Shown: in pieces, positions 10,201 through 19,378 of the stretch
Position numbering within the stretch: position 1 is the stretch's first letter
Layout of the letters: each line of letters begins with the position of its first letter
Source of the DNA: Armatimonadota bacterium
Lineage (GTDB): Bacteria > Armatimonadota > UBA5829 > DTLH01
DNA: 64,000 nucleotides
Assembly (NCBI GenBank): GCA_039679675.1
Contig: JBDKUN010000042.1
Coordinates: 14,745-78,744 of the forward strand
Reading direction: 5' to 3'
Translations under genes and position numbers: made by a program
Notes under the pieces: model-generated
Database searches by the model: none
Told to the model about the DNA's origin: nothing
Seen by the model: the letters and a program-made list of their open reading frames with translations, nothing else

Positions 10201-13200
10201 GAGTGGGGAGAGGACCTCTACCTGATCGCATGGAACCTTCCTCCGCTGAAAGAATTGGTAGGCGGCGATCCGACATCCACAACAGGGGTCGGCACTTCAA
10301 CTCAGAAGGGCTGCATCAATTTTAAATTCAATAATTCGGGGTCCGGGTCATCATCGGGCGGAACTATAAACCCCAAGAACGCGGACTACCTGTTCGAATA
10401 TAAGACTTCTGACGTCGATTCAAACAATCTCCCGATCTACCGGTGCGTAGCGTTTGCCAAGGTCGAGCTGACCGGCAGCGGACAGAACCAGCCTTCGCCG
10501 GGAACCGGGTGGAATGTCACTCTTCAGGTCTCAAGAAACTCTGCCACCGACCCGCTCGGCATTATGCCGCTTCTTTCCGGAACACCTGGCAGCTTTAGCG
10601 TCAAAGATAAGAGCAAATGGGACCCGCAGCCGGTCGGGATCAACAACCCGCTCGCTATTTGTGATGATGGTTATTATCCGACAGGTAACAGCGGTACTTC
10701 GACAGGTCTGGGATGGCCTACTGCTAATTCCGACGGCACATACAGGCCGAACCGGGACGAGCCTACCGCCCATTTCAACGGCAACTCGATCATAGAAACA
10801 GACACTACCACCGGCACGAGCAAAATAACCAAGTCGATAATGCCGCATGTCTACCTTGGCCAGGCGCAGCACGGATCCAGCAGCCGGGTAGCACCGCTTA
10901 AGGTAATGGACCGAAGCGCGACGGGGCTAAAGTCTACTGTAGTCAACGGCGTCGTCACATGGAACAATTTAATCAAGAATTTCAGGATCCAGACCGCTGA
11001 CCTTCACTGGAATGAAAGCTCAAATCCGATAAATCCGCTGCCCTGGGACCGCCTTCCCTACGTCGATATACTGGGGTGCACCAGCAGGCAGCAAACGGAC
11101 TATCCGGACATTACGAAACGAGCCGAGCGGTTCCAGAAGGATACTGGAGACCCGTCTGTCGACAGCAATACACTTCTGCCCGCGTTGCCGAAGAATGTGG
11201 ACGACCCTGACAATACCAATTATGATGAATCCCGGCTTCAGGCCGAGACAATCGATGCGTGGATAGAAGTTCCCAAATATCAACCGGCCAATACTTACGG
11301 CCCTGGTTACGTGGCGACGGCCATCGCTTATATAGACAGCAATAGTGACGGAACCTGCAACCTTGGAAACCAGGTAAGCGGGCGTCCGACGTCATATATC
11401 GAGGCACACAGATATTTCCTCCTGTCCTCTGATGTCCTGCCGGATTACCATATCGTTGTAGAAAAACCGCTGACCATAGATATAGTGGGAGCGGACAAGT
11501 CTGCAGCGCCGCATGGCCTGGGGGTATACCTTGATTCCAGCACACTCACCGATTGGTGGAAGGAATTCACGGTACAAAATCTGGGAAACGTCAACTTGTA
11601 TGACATCAAGATAGCGAAATATGTCTCAAACGGAGGTAATCCGTGGACGGTCAACCTTTATTCTGACAGTGTAAGTCCGTATTTCCCTATTCTTGGATAT
11701 GGTATCACTAATACGACACCCAGTTACCAGTTCGGTATAGTGAGTTCGTTCGATGGATGGGACCCTAAGTGGGGAAGCATCAACACGGAACCGTTTATAA
11801 CCACCGGCTACGGCTACACACTTTCAAAAGCACGTGTGGGAGACGTTGACCCGACAAGACTCACCATTCCGGACCAGAGGAAGTGCGATGTATGGCCGAA
11901 CGTTACGAGTGCTGCGATTGACAGCAAAGGCGGCAGCAATAACACCGGAATCGATCCGAGTGTAAGCGTGGTCGTTCCGCTCACACAGCCTACCGGAAGC
12001 TACAGCGCGCTTGTGCCGGTCTTCGCCGATATGCAGAATAATAACAATGTTCTCGACATCGGAAAAGAAGCATATACTGACCCGACATTCAGGCTCAATG
12101 TGTCTGTTGCCGAAGACAGGTTGACCGGCGGTTCGACACCCGGCTCCATTACCCAGATCGATCCTTCGCAGGATCCGAACCCGGACCCAAATAAGAAGTT
12201 CATCTGCGGCGATACGCAACCGGCAGCGTGGCGTGATCCGTCGACCGGCAATACATTCCTTTTCTGGTCATCGAACAGGTCCACATCGACCACCGTGCAT
12301 GTCGCTCCTAACGCACCCTGGTACATAAGGTGGGCTTCACTGTTATACGATAAGGGGAACGATACAGCACCAGGAACATATTCATGGAAAGCTGCTGATA
12401 CCGACACATCGAACACCAGATGGTGGGCTACGCCACTGAACTCTGCAGCAGCTACAACCGGACCGGCGGCTGCCGCGTCAGACAAACTACCAGCATCCGG
12501 TTGGCCTGTGGCACTTCCGAACCTTCTGGATGACTCTATCAAGTATTCCTCGCCGTTTGCAGCTATGAACCTGGATACTATTTCACCGGACAACCAAATG
12601 AGAGTCTGGCTGTTCTGGCAGGGGCAGGCCGATGCAATCGACCCGGTGACTAAGAAGGTAAACAGGGAAAGCCGTATATTCTACACCCTGGCAGCAGGCG
12701 GGTCTTCGACAGATGTCGGACAGATATACACGTTCAACGATGATGTTAATCTCACAAAATTGAACCCGCGCGCAATCGCCTACAACAGCGACCAGAACGA
12801 GATCCTATGGCTTATGTGGCATGGAGGTGATTCAGGACGGTGGAGCCTATTCGGTAACCTGAACATTTCACCGCTCACAAGCAATAATCCTGGTAATTGG
12901 AGCGGAGATGTAAGGTTCGTTACACCCGGTTGCCTTGTTTCCGTAGCTGAACCATCGCCGGTCCACAGAACGATAGGCAGCACCGATATTGCTGACCGTG
13001 ACCATTATATAGATGTGGCTTATACCGGAGCGTCCAAATACGACCAGACATCCGATATAATCTTCACACGCTATAAATGGACCGGGACTAACACCGGCCC
13101 GTCGGTAAATGCTGTGAAGCTGCCTCGCGTTTACGACGAAGAGTTGGCACGCGACTCGAAGAGAAATGTCTACACTTCTGAGCATCTGGCCTGGGTAAAA

Positions 13201-14211
13201 GCGAGAAGCGCCGGAGCCATAGACGACGATGTGCTCTCAAGCACCGACGACAGCTTGAGATACCTGCCTGTTATTCGAGTCAAACTGGCCGATGATTACA
13301 CTACAGATGACGGTGTCGCTTTCACTAAAGGCACTATCGTGAGCGGCACTGATGGAAGTATAACCAAACCTAATAATACTGTTTCGACGGCCGGGACCGC
13401 CATCGCTCCTGAGATCGATCATGCCACCGGAGTGTATACGTATACTCTTTCTGGCGATGCAGGCAGCCTGCTGGGCAAAATGCTTGTGGACTATTCAGCT
13501 GGAATCGTCCGGTTCACAAATCCGCTTCCGCCAAAGACCAAGGTATTCGCGTTCTATACGCCGCAGTCCAAAAGGCTTACTCACGGATCCGAGCAGGACA
13601 GCGCTCCCTTCATGTTCATCGAAAAGACTGATATGAATAGCACCAATTATACCCCTCCAGGGTTCGGGCCTGCCGGCTTCAAGGGCGTTGCCCCAACAGA
13701 CAGGCTCTGGCTATTCTGGCGCAAGCCTAGTACAAGCGGTGTTCAGGCAAGCACCATCTATTACAAGACATATAGAATTACCGCAACGCTGAGTAATCCG
13801 ATAGACATGGCTTCTAATGGAAAGCCGACAGCAGATATTACGGTTGACCATGCCTTCGGGCCATACGAAGTAAGCTGGGACGGGAAAAAGATATACTTCA
13901 CCAGCGTTGACGAAAGGTATCCGGGACTTTCTCCAAACACTCTGGACCCAGTAACGATCACGTTCAGACAAAAGGGAGGCTCCTCAACCGATAGAGTAAC
14001 CGAAACCTTCGACACACTCTCCTGGGAAGAGGAACTGCCCGAAACGGCGCTCCCTACCAGGCTCCGTGTGAATGAGGGCCAGGTATGCGCATTCACTGAT
14101 CCCTGCATCCAACCTTCCAGGGTTTGGGTTTTCTGGTCCAGCACTCGTGCAGGCGAAAGTGACCTGTATTACCAGACAATAAGCCCCAATTTCAGGGCTG
14201 TATTACCGTAG
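7279..14211 (+). CDS. Giant secreted protein with PQQ-like beta-propeller repeats and two golvesin/Xly-CBD-like domains; putative PilY1-like pilus adhesin
   Basis: Signal peptide (..SVFAQ); repeated SSPA..VY.G..DG.VY propeller blades; two domains with Y.V..W.P...Y....W..G...ADA motif; directly upstream of pilM. Confidence 0.7.
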   Translation: MGYKSRSIKVTLVLAFILVAGSVFAQSDWKTYHYDDGRLGVNEAEGGLSGQSISLVWTFPRYDVLNTKEADSSYIVDMPEKAGTGDLLPNETAWQKLSGMGTQSRPGNYYGSDFYWIRATTPSGPAAAKASAKWNFSSTTLPEGLYTVQVWFPSSGGGKVNSSKVSYTVHYKGGSSNYVIDQSTGGRWVTLGSGALYMNSSSYIEMSNITDDADQDGIDVIVCADAVRFVPSSGMEIYSSPAASSSAPVGITGEDIPAVWIGTIETPIASLAEGMDDFGAVYCVRSYKGTTGINYSDLLDSSSSVWDTNNEVKYVGTAAWRYPRAGAFDSNSDGTAKSPNSRFPLEGPIGGFHGLGGVYSSPTLVGSGSSRYIVFGGMDGQVYCLNANTGDLVWKGPGVTISEPSCPTTWTLVNGRYDAFGGSFLAGPTVKDSASEVKIAWDITSTSSDPGVDSLKTDGTGHKYAIYAWIPARNTTTETVNRSKDAAYCITYWDPVNSKERTEWARVDQRDPSENVGSISEYNCGTWVKIGNDYWNPRKIELSNVSQTGDTDRAVIADAIMVVPAEIGAFSYSTAISDGSNVYIGNTNGRVYAFALKSNYSASSKAATLSWTFPKVQTKSPITEVDDSLASPFGSLVSSPALTSGNLMVSSMDGSVYDITNLTGGEKGVKLAWKFKATSVGGTSEAFSSSPAIYGDKVYTASVGGRLYAININDGTCAWSCPNASASEAPLSAFRFSTPAAYDAGIFCGSTGGKVYGFTNTGGYIADTTFTPPNMYAPIQGSVAIDDKNMYIGTVGTGDGDDGGIWWVNRDNGQTADITGTWTYSGYSDLGMVFSSPAVANDYLYVGTGKGRLCAFSSLAFGGAWVGGGKGMAGQPPFHRQSAPNPAKTSQVDIYNPTVYKETLDAFQSLVAAGTSTNSDVIGTLLAGASSNDTKLFVDSAFDGSEAQNIDGHKRAFPYGASGSLGTGDRQVYLEWGEDLYLIAWNLPPLKELVGGDPTSTTGVGTSTQKGCINFKFNNSGSGSSSGGTINPKNADYLFEYKTSDVDSNNLPIYRCVAFAKVELTGSGQNQPSPGTGWNVTLQVSRNSATDPLGIMPLLSGTPGSFSVKDKSKWDPQPVGINNPLAICDDGYYPTGNSGTSTGLGWPTANSDGTYRPNRDEPTAHFNGNSIIETDTTTGTSKITKSIMPHVYLGQAQHGSSSRVAPLKVMDRSATGLKSTVVNGVVTWNNLIKNFRIQTADLHWNESSNPINPLPWDRLPYVDILGCTSRQQTDYPDITKRAERFQKDTGDPSVDSNTLLPALPKNVDDPDNTNYDESRLQAETIDAWIEVPKYQPANTYGPGYVATAIAYIDSNSDGTCNLGNQVSGRPTSYIEAHRYFLLSSDVLPDYHIVVEKPLTIDIVGADKSAAPHGLGVYLDSSTLTDWWKEFTVQNLGNVNLYDIKIAKYVSNGGNPWTVNLYSDSVSPYFPILGYGITNTTPSYQFGIVSSFDGWDPKWGSINTEPFITTGYGYTLSKARVGDVDPTRLTIPDQRKCDVWPNVTSAAIDSKGGSNNTGIDPSVSVVVPLTQPTGSYSALVPVFADMQNNNNVLDIGKEAYTDPTFRLNVSVAEDRLTGGSTPGSITQIDPSQDPNPDPNKKFICGDTQPAAWRDPSTGNTFLFWSSNRSTSTTVHVAPNAPWYIRWASLLYDKGNDTAPGTYSWKAADTDTSNTRWWATPLNSAAATTGPAAAASDKLPASGWPVALPNLLDDSIKYSSPFAAMNLDTISPDNQMRVWLFWQGQADAIDPVTKKVNRESRIFYTLAAGGSSTDVGQIYTFNDDVNLTKLNPRAIAYNSDQNEILWLMWHGGDSGRWSLFGNLNISPLTSNNPGNWSGDVRFVTPGCLVSVAEPSPVHRTIGSTDIADRDHYIDVAYTGASKYDQTSDIIFTRYKWTGTNTGPSVNAVKLPRVYDEELARDSKRNVYTSEHLAWVKARSAGAIDDDVLSSTDDSLRYLPVIRVKLADDYTTDDGVAFTKGTIVSGTDGSITKPNNTVSTAGTAIAPEIDHATGVYTYTLSGDAGSLLGKMLVDYSAGIVRFTNPLPPKTKVFAFYTPQSKRLTHGSEQDSAPFMFIEKTDMNSTNYTPPGFGPAGFKGVAPTDRLWLFWRKPSTSGVQASTIYYKTYRITATLSNPIDMASNGKPTADITVDHAFGPYEVSWDGKKIYFTSVDERYPGLSPNTLDPVTITFRQKGGSSTDRVTETFDTLSWEEELPETALPTRLRVNEGQVCAFTDPCIQPSRVWVFWSSTRAGESDLYYQTISPNFRAVLP

Positions 14212-14266
14212 AACCGGCTCACAACCGGATAAAGTCATATTTGAGCTTAAAAGTGATTGATTTTGT

Positions 14267-14296
14267 TTGACACGTCAGCTCGTTTGATGATACGAT
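14267..14296 (+). promoter_or_regulatory. sigma70-type promoter of pilM1 operon
   Basis: TTGACA-N18-TACGAT with extended -10 TG. Confidence 0.6.
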
Positions 14297-14343
14297 TAGT
14301 TACTGGTAAGCTCTGCATTATTGAGGAATAGGAAAAACAGAGT

Positions 14344-15903
14344 ATGAGCTTGTTTGGCAAGTCTGCTCCGTCGGCCGTGGTTGGTCTCGATATCGGTACC
14401 GAGTTAATCAAGGCAGCCGAAGCGAAACTGACTAAAGACGGCATACGGATTACCGGACTAGGGGTTATGCCGACCCCTCCCGGAGTTATTGATAACAGCA
14501 TGATAATCGACCCCAAGGCCCTTGGGGCGGCTATCAAGCAGCTTTTGCGCGACAGCGGCATCAAGACAAAGCACGTAGTCAGCTCCATTACAGGACAAAC
14601 ATCCGTGGTGGTGAGGATTATCGAAGTGCCGCGCATGACACCTGGAGAGTTGGCTGAAACCATGAAATGGGAGGTCGAGCGGCATGTTCCGTTCGCGCCT
14701 ACCGAGATCCAGATGGATTTCGCGCCCATCGAGAAGCCCAACACTCCACCCGATGCGCAAAATATGGAAGTTCTGCTGGCAGTAGCTCAGCAGGATTCCG
14801 TTAATGGCCTTGTGCAAGCTATTTTGGCTGCAGGACTGGAACCCATCGCAATCGATGTTCAGGCGCTCGCTGTGAGCCGCCCGCTGATCGATGCCGTGGA
14901 AGGTCCTAAGCCCTATATAACGGCTATCGCCAACATCGGAGCCAGCACTACTGATGTCGGAGTCTTCGAAGGAAGTCTTCTTGCATTCCCCGGCCCACCC
15001 CTTCCTATAGCAGGTATTAACTTCACTCGCGCTATAAGCGAAGAGCTTGGAATATCGATGGAAGAAGCCGAACAGCTGAAAAAAGAATATGCTGAAGTCG
15101 ATATGACCGTAATGCAGGGCGGCAATGCTAACGATGGCAACGACGATGCCAATTTGGATTTCGCGAATGCTGCGCCTGCAGCTATGGACTCATCATATTA
15201 TGCACCCGCTGCAGACTCGGCACCGAATGCATCCGAACCTACATCATACGGCACATCCCTGCAGCAGGCTGATTCTGACTTTTCACCTTTCGATATTGGG
15301 ACGCCGGAAGTTCCCCCACTCCAACCGGAAGAGAAAAAGCTCGATATATCCGGAGATGACGTTTTCGACCTTGGCGGGCAGCAGGAAACAACCGATTTCA
15401 AACCAGTCTTCGACCTTGAAGAACCTGAGATCCAGCCGGCAGTTCCCGCACCTGCATCGACATCTTTCGATTTCGACATCGAAGATCCGCAGACTGCTCC
15501 TGTCCAACCCGCTCAACCGGCTGACAGCCAGTTTGCTGCACCGGCGGCAGAACCAGACTTGGTTCCCGCGCCAGCCGCACCTGCCGGTGACGTAAGATTT
15601 AAGGTCATTAAGGCTATTACACCCGTTCTGATCGAACTGGCTACAGAGATCAGACGTTCAATTGATTATTACACTTCCAGATACCAGACTCGTCCCGAGC
15701 ATCTATATCTTTGCGGCGGGACTGCAAAAATACATAAGCTGGACCAGTTCTTGGCAAATGAGCTTGGGATTCCCGTTGTTATTGCGGACCCCACAGCCAA
15801 TTTAACCATGCAGTGTCCTAAATATACGCCGGATTATCTGAGCGAAGTATCATCTTTGTTCCCGGTAAGCATTGGTCTGGCAATTCGTGAAATGCTGGAA
15901 TAG
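14344..15903 (+). CDS. pilM: Type IV pilus assembly protein PilM (copy 1, with acidic insertion)
   Basis: VGLDIG actin-like motif, NIGASTT, EIRRSIDYY, LCGGTAKI, IGLAIR. Confidence 0.92.
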   Translation: MSLFGKSAPSAVVGLDIGTELIKAAEAKLTKDGIRITGLGVMPTPPGVIDNSMIIDPKALGAAIKQLLRDSGIKTKHVVSSITGQTSVVVRIIEVPRMTPGELAETMKWEVERHVPFAPTEIQMDFAPIEKPNTPPDAQNMEVLLAVAQQDSVNGLVQAILAAGLEPIAIDVQALAVSRPLIDAVEGPKPYITAIANIGASTTDVGVFEGSLLAFPGPPLPIAGINFTRAISEELGISMEEAEQLKKEYAEVDMTVMQGGNANDGNDDANLDFANAAPAAMDSSYYAPAADSAPNASEPTSYGTSLQQADSDFSPFDIGTPEVPPLQPEEKKLDISGDDVFDLGGQQETTDFKPVFDLEEPEIQPAVPAPASTSFDFDIEDPQTAPVQPAQPADSQFAAPAAEPDLVPAPAAPAGDVRFKVIKAITPVLIELATEIRRSIDYYTSRYQTRPEHLYLCGGTAKIHKLDQFLANELGIPVVIADPTANLTMQCPKYTPDYLSEVSSLFPVSIGLAIREMLE

Positions 15904-15978
15904 ACGATTGGCAGGTTTCGCGCTGCTGCGCTTTCGATAAGACCTGCCTCCGTAATCCAAGGAGTCCTTCAAGCTGTT

Positions 15979-16839
15979 ATGATTAAGATTAATCTTCTTC
16001 CGCCAGGAATATTCGAGGCGAGGGTAATTAAGCGGCTGATTGTGCTGTTCTCCTTTATCGTTGTGGCAATTGTAGCTGGTTGTATGTACTACACATCGAC
16101 GGTCAACAAGGCCACAGCAGGCTATAAGGCTGAAACAGCCATAGCAACCGATTGGAAAAACAAGGCCGATGCATACAAAAGCCAAGCCGACAGCAAGATA
16201 GCATCAATTGCACCAATTGATGCAAAACTTCAATTCGTTGCTCAGGTGGATAGTTTCAATAATGTATACCCAAAATTTTATGAGAACCTGGCTCAGTATA
16301 CCTACCATAAGGTAACATACTCACAGATCGCTGTTTCTACGGATGGCAAGGTGACTATATCGGCAACCGCGCCTTCCCTTTCTGATGCAGGCAGATATCT
16401 GCTCAATATGTATAGAGCAACCGATCTGTTCTCGAACGTTTCTATCTCAGGCGTGCCTGGTTACCCAGCGAATAGTTCTGGAGGATCATTGTCAGGCGGC
16501 GGTATGGCATTGAACTCAACGCCACTGTCCAGTGCGACTCCTGCATTATCACAGTCGGGCGGAGGGCTTGCACTTGCAGGCGGACAGGCGCCGGAACTGC
16601 CTGGACTATCATCCAGTGGAATAAGAGGGGGACTAAGGGGAATAGGTGCAGTCGCCAGTGGTATCAGCAGATCGCAGGCGAAGCATACCGGCTTTAGTTT
16701 TACCGTTTCATGCACTATCAAAGATCCATCGATATTGATACCCCCTTCAGCTCCAGGTGGAGGTTCGGCATCGGGCACACCCGGTGCAGCGCCGGGTGCT
16801 GGTGGTTTGTCTTCGGGTGGCGCAATACCGCTTAAGTAG
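15979..16839 (+). CDS. pilN: PilN-like protein (copy 1)
   Basis: N-terminal INLLP PilM-binding motif, TM helix, coiled coil; follows pilM. Confidence 0.8.
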   Translation: MIKINLLPPGIFEARVIKRLIVLFSFIVVAIVAGCMYYTSTVNKATAGYKAETAIATDWKNKADAYKSQADSKIASIAPIDAKLQFVAQVDSFNNVYPKFYENLAQYTYHKVTYSQIAVSTDGKVTISATAPSLSDAGRYLLNMYRATDLFSNVSISGVPGYPANSSGGSLSGGGMALNSTPLSSATPALSQSGGGLALAGGQAPELPGLSSSGIRGGLRGIGAVASGISRSQAKHTGFSFTVSCTIKDPSILIPPSAPGGGSASGTPGAAPGAGGLSSGGAIPLK

Positions 16840-16892
16840 TCCAGCAAGATTTATGACCGGAGGAATATTGGGAATAACTCCCTAGTATAGAT

Positions 16893-17663
16893 ATGAGTAA
16901 ACTGCGCAGAATACATATAATCATAATAGGCGTTGTGGTGTGCTTATTGGTAGGCGCCGGTTTGTATTTCCTTGTTGTAGACAAGGCTGTAAAAGCACGC
17001 GATGCCGCGTTGGTTGAGAGAGACGGCGTACTCGGTGCCGGTGGAACTGAGGCGAACTGTAATGATAAGTTCAAAGAACTCCAAGACGCTAATCTAAAAG
17101 TATTAGAAGCAACCGCCAAATATGAAAAGACCATGCGAGCCAGAATGCCGAACATCAGCCTTGATGATACGAGAACAGGTATGCTTGCACTGTGGCACGA
17201 GCAGTCTGAGGTTCTTGGACCGTTGCTCCTTAACCACATACGAAGCAGCAAAGGCATTCATCTTTTGTCGTCTATTCAGATTCCGAACCCGACAGCCAAT
17301 CCTAATGATTTGCAGAATTTTGCTGACTCACCCATAAGAATCGATATTGGCAAAGTCTCTGTATCAGGCGATTTCAAGTCAATTATGAATCACCTTCGAA
17401 GTTGGAGTAAGCTAAACAGGCTTGTATTGATCGATCAGCCATCATTAACTGGAGAAAGTCCCAATCTGGTATGTGAGTATACTCTTTCTGTATTTCTGTA
17501 CCCGATGACTCCTCCTGGTCCCCCCATTGATATTGCACCTCCTGCAAACAGCAGCGGCGGAACAGGCGGAATGGGCGGTGGAATGCCCAGTGGAGGACTT
17601 GCAACTGTTAACACTGGACAATCAACCGGGGGATCGCCGGTAACGGCGCAGCCACTCCATTAA
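16893..17663 (+). CDS. pilO: PilO-like protein (copy 1)
   Basis: TM + coiled coil + VSGDFKSIMNHLRSWSKLNRLVLI ferredoxin-like PilO motif. Confidence 0.72.
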   Translation: MSKLRRIHIIIIGVVVCLLVGAGLYFLVVDKAVKARDAALVERDGVLGAGGTEANCNDKFKELQDANLKVLEATAKYEKTMRARMPNISLDDTRTGMLALWHEQSEVLGPLLLNHIRSSKGIHLLSSIQIPNPTANPNDLQNFADSPIRIDIGKVSVSGDFKSIMNHLRSWSKLNRLVLIDQPSLTGESPNLVCEYTLSVFLYPMTPPGPPIDIAPPANSSGGTGGMGGGMPSGGLATVNTGQSTGGSPVTAQPLH

Positions 17664-17710
17664 AAGCTGGTTATAATTGAGCCGAAAGGTTCAGAGGTAG
17701 AATAATTATT

Positions 17711-18523
17711 ATGCAATGGCTTCAAGATAAGAAGAATTTACCGTTTGTTATCGGCGGGGTGGTACTGGTTGTAGTAGCTGTCGTAGTATTTTTGTTCATG
17801 CAGATGTCCGGCAGCAACAATGCACCTACAGACAACCAATCTACCGCTGGCGGAGCCGCAGCGCCTGCTACTGCTCCCGCTGCCGGTGCACAGTCGCCTA
17901 ACGCGGCATTACCAGGCGGCCCAGCCGGAGCTACAGCAGCTGCCCCTTCTTCACAGGTTGGTGGAACTGCTCCCAGTACGCCCGGAGTTCCTGGAACACA
18001 GATGGCAAGTGCAGCAGGTGAAAATGCAAAAACTCCGGCATGCTCTGCTGCGGAGCGATGGCGTGTAGACCCATTCGCCCCTCAGAAATCCGGCAGCCGG
18101 ATAAAAGAGCCCAAACCGAGGCTTGCAATACCTTTAGTCAGCAGGCTATTTCCGCCTGCACCGGTACCGCCAGCTAGGATAAAGCGCTATAAACCACAGC
18201 CCCCAAGGCGAGTTGCTGGGATACTATATGGAGATAAAGTAAATGCATTGATCCAGACACCGGATGGCTGGGAGATAAAACGGCCTGGCGAAAGACTCAG
18301 CGATGGAACAATCGTTGAGAAGATAGAACGCGACCGGGTAATTCTTCGAACAGTCAATTCGGATGGAGAAACATCTTTTGTCGAGGTAAAGTTGGCTGCA
18401 TCACTTTCGCAGCTTAATTCTCCAGCTTCCAGAAGCAATAGTGGCTCACTATCGCAGGGGAGCGGCGTAGGAAGAGTTCCATCCGGCGGTAGAAGCAGAC
18501 CCGCTGAGATACCGGGATTATAA
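17711..18523 (+). CDS. PilP/GspC-like protein (copy 1)
   Basis: TM, Ala/Pro linker, DPFAP motif, C-terminal beta domain (VAGILYG..ALI...VEKIERDRVIL). Confidence 0.65.
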   Translation: MQWLQDKKNLPFVIGGVVLVVVAVVVFLFMQMSGSNNAPTDNQSTAGGAAAPATAPAAGAQSPNAALPGGPAGATAAAPSSQVGGTAPSTPGVPGTQMASAAGENAKTPACSAAERWRVDPFAPQKSGSRIKEPKPRLAIPLVSRLFPPAPVPPARIKRYKPQPPRRVAGILYGDKVNALIQTPDGWEIKRPGERLSDGTIVEKIERDRVILRTVNSDGETSFVEVKLAASLSQLNSPASRSNSGSLSQGSGVGRVPSGGRSRPAEIPGL

Positions 18524-18566
18524 GATTAATGAACTGATAGTAGAGTGTATTAGTTGCATTCTACAG

Positions 18567-18595
18567 GGAACCACTTCCGGGAGTATGCAGTCAAA
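18567..18595 (+). promoter_or_regulatory. Candidate ECF-sigma promoter upstream of secretin-domain genes
   Basis: GGAACC-N17-GTCAAA in the intergenic gap. Confidence 0.4.
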
Positions 18596-18652
18596 AGAAT
18601 TGTGCTCCATCGGAAATAATGTTCTCGTAACGATGTGTAGGAGGCGTTTAGG

Positions 18653-19330
18653 ATGAGAAAGTCTATACTAATTGCTATGGCCGTTATATTTATAGTCGGC
18701 ATATTAGCAATTTCAGCGTCAGCCCAGAGTGATGATAAGAACCAACCGCGTATTACAATCGAACTAAAGGATACACCTATACGTTCAGCTCTTGATACGT
18801 TGTTTAGAGGTAGAGGGCTTAGCTACTCTATTGGCGCAAACGTAGGTGGAAATGTCGGTAGCCTCAGTTTGAGAGATGTTACATTCGATGTTGCACTGAA
18901 GATGCTCCTTAAAGCAGTGGAGCCGCCGCTTGTTTACCGTAAAGATGGGGATGTTTATGTCATTACGGTAAAGAGTGACCAGCCTGACACTAGTACATTT
19001 ACTCCACCGACTGCGGACATTAACCCACCTGATACTACCGAAGCAGAGGACGTTAAGATGGAGAAGATTTCCTTGAGCTTCGTCGATGCTTACGACCTTA
19101 AAGCAATAATAGAAGGCCAGAACACCAGCCGGTCTTCAAATGGTAGCAACGGTAGCAACGGTAGCTGGGGTAGCGGTAGCAGTGGCAACTGGGGCGGCAG
19201 TAGCGGCGGCAGTGGCAACTGGGGCGGCAGTAGCGGCGGCAGCGGCAGCTGGGGCGGCGGCAGCAGCAGTTGGAGCAATAGTAACAGCGGCAACAGCTAT
19301 GGACGCTACAGCGGACGATCCGGTTATTAG
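18653..19330 (+). CDS. Stand-alone secretin N-terminal (STN/N0) domain protein with Gly/Ser/Trp-rich tail
   Basis: Signal peptide; ITIELKDTPIRSALDTLF...SLSLRDVTFDVALKMLL N0 fold; no secretin C domain. Confidence 0.75.
   Translation: MRKSILIAMAVIFIVGILAISASAQSDDKNQPRITIELKDTPIRSALDTLFRGRGLSYSIGANVGGNVGSLSLRDVTFDVALKMLLKAVEPPLVYRKDGDVYVITVKSDQPDTSTFTPPTADINPPDTTEAEDVKMEKISLSFVDAYDLKAIIEGQNTSRSSNGSNGSNGSWGSGSSGNWGGSSGGSGNWGGSSGGSGSWGGGSSSWSNSNSGNSYGRYSGRSGY
19181..19270 (+). repeat. 30-bp coding tandem repeat (SGNWGGSSGG), two exact copies plus one degenerate
   Basis: AGTGGCAACTGGGGCGGCAGTAGCGGCGGC at 19181 and 19211, variant at 19241. Confidence 0.9.
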
Positions 19331-19378
19331 GAAGGTTAGGACAAACGGATGCTACTGCCTTATCCGAGGAGGAATAAT

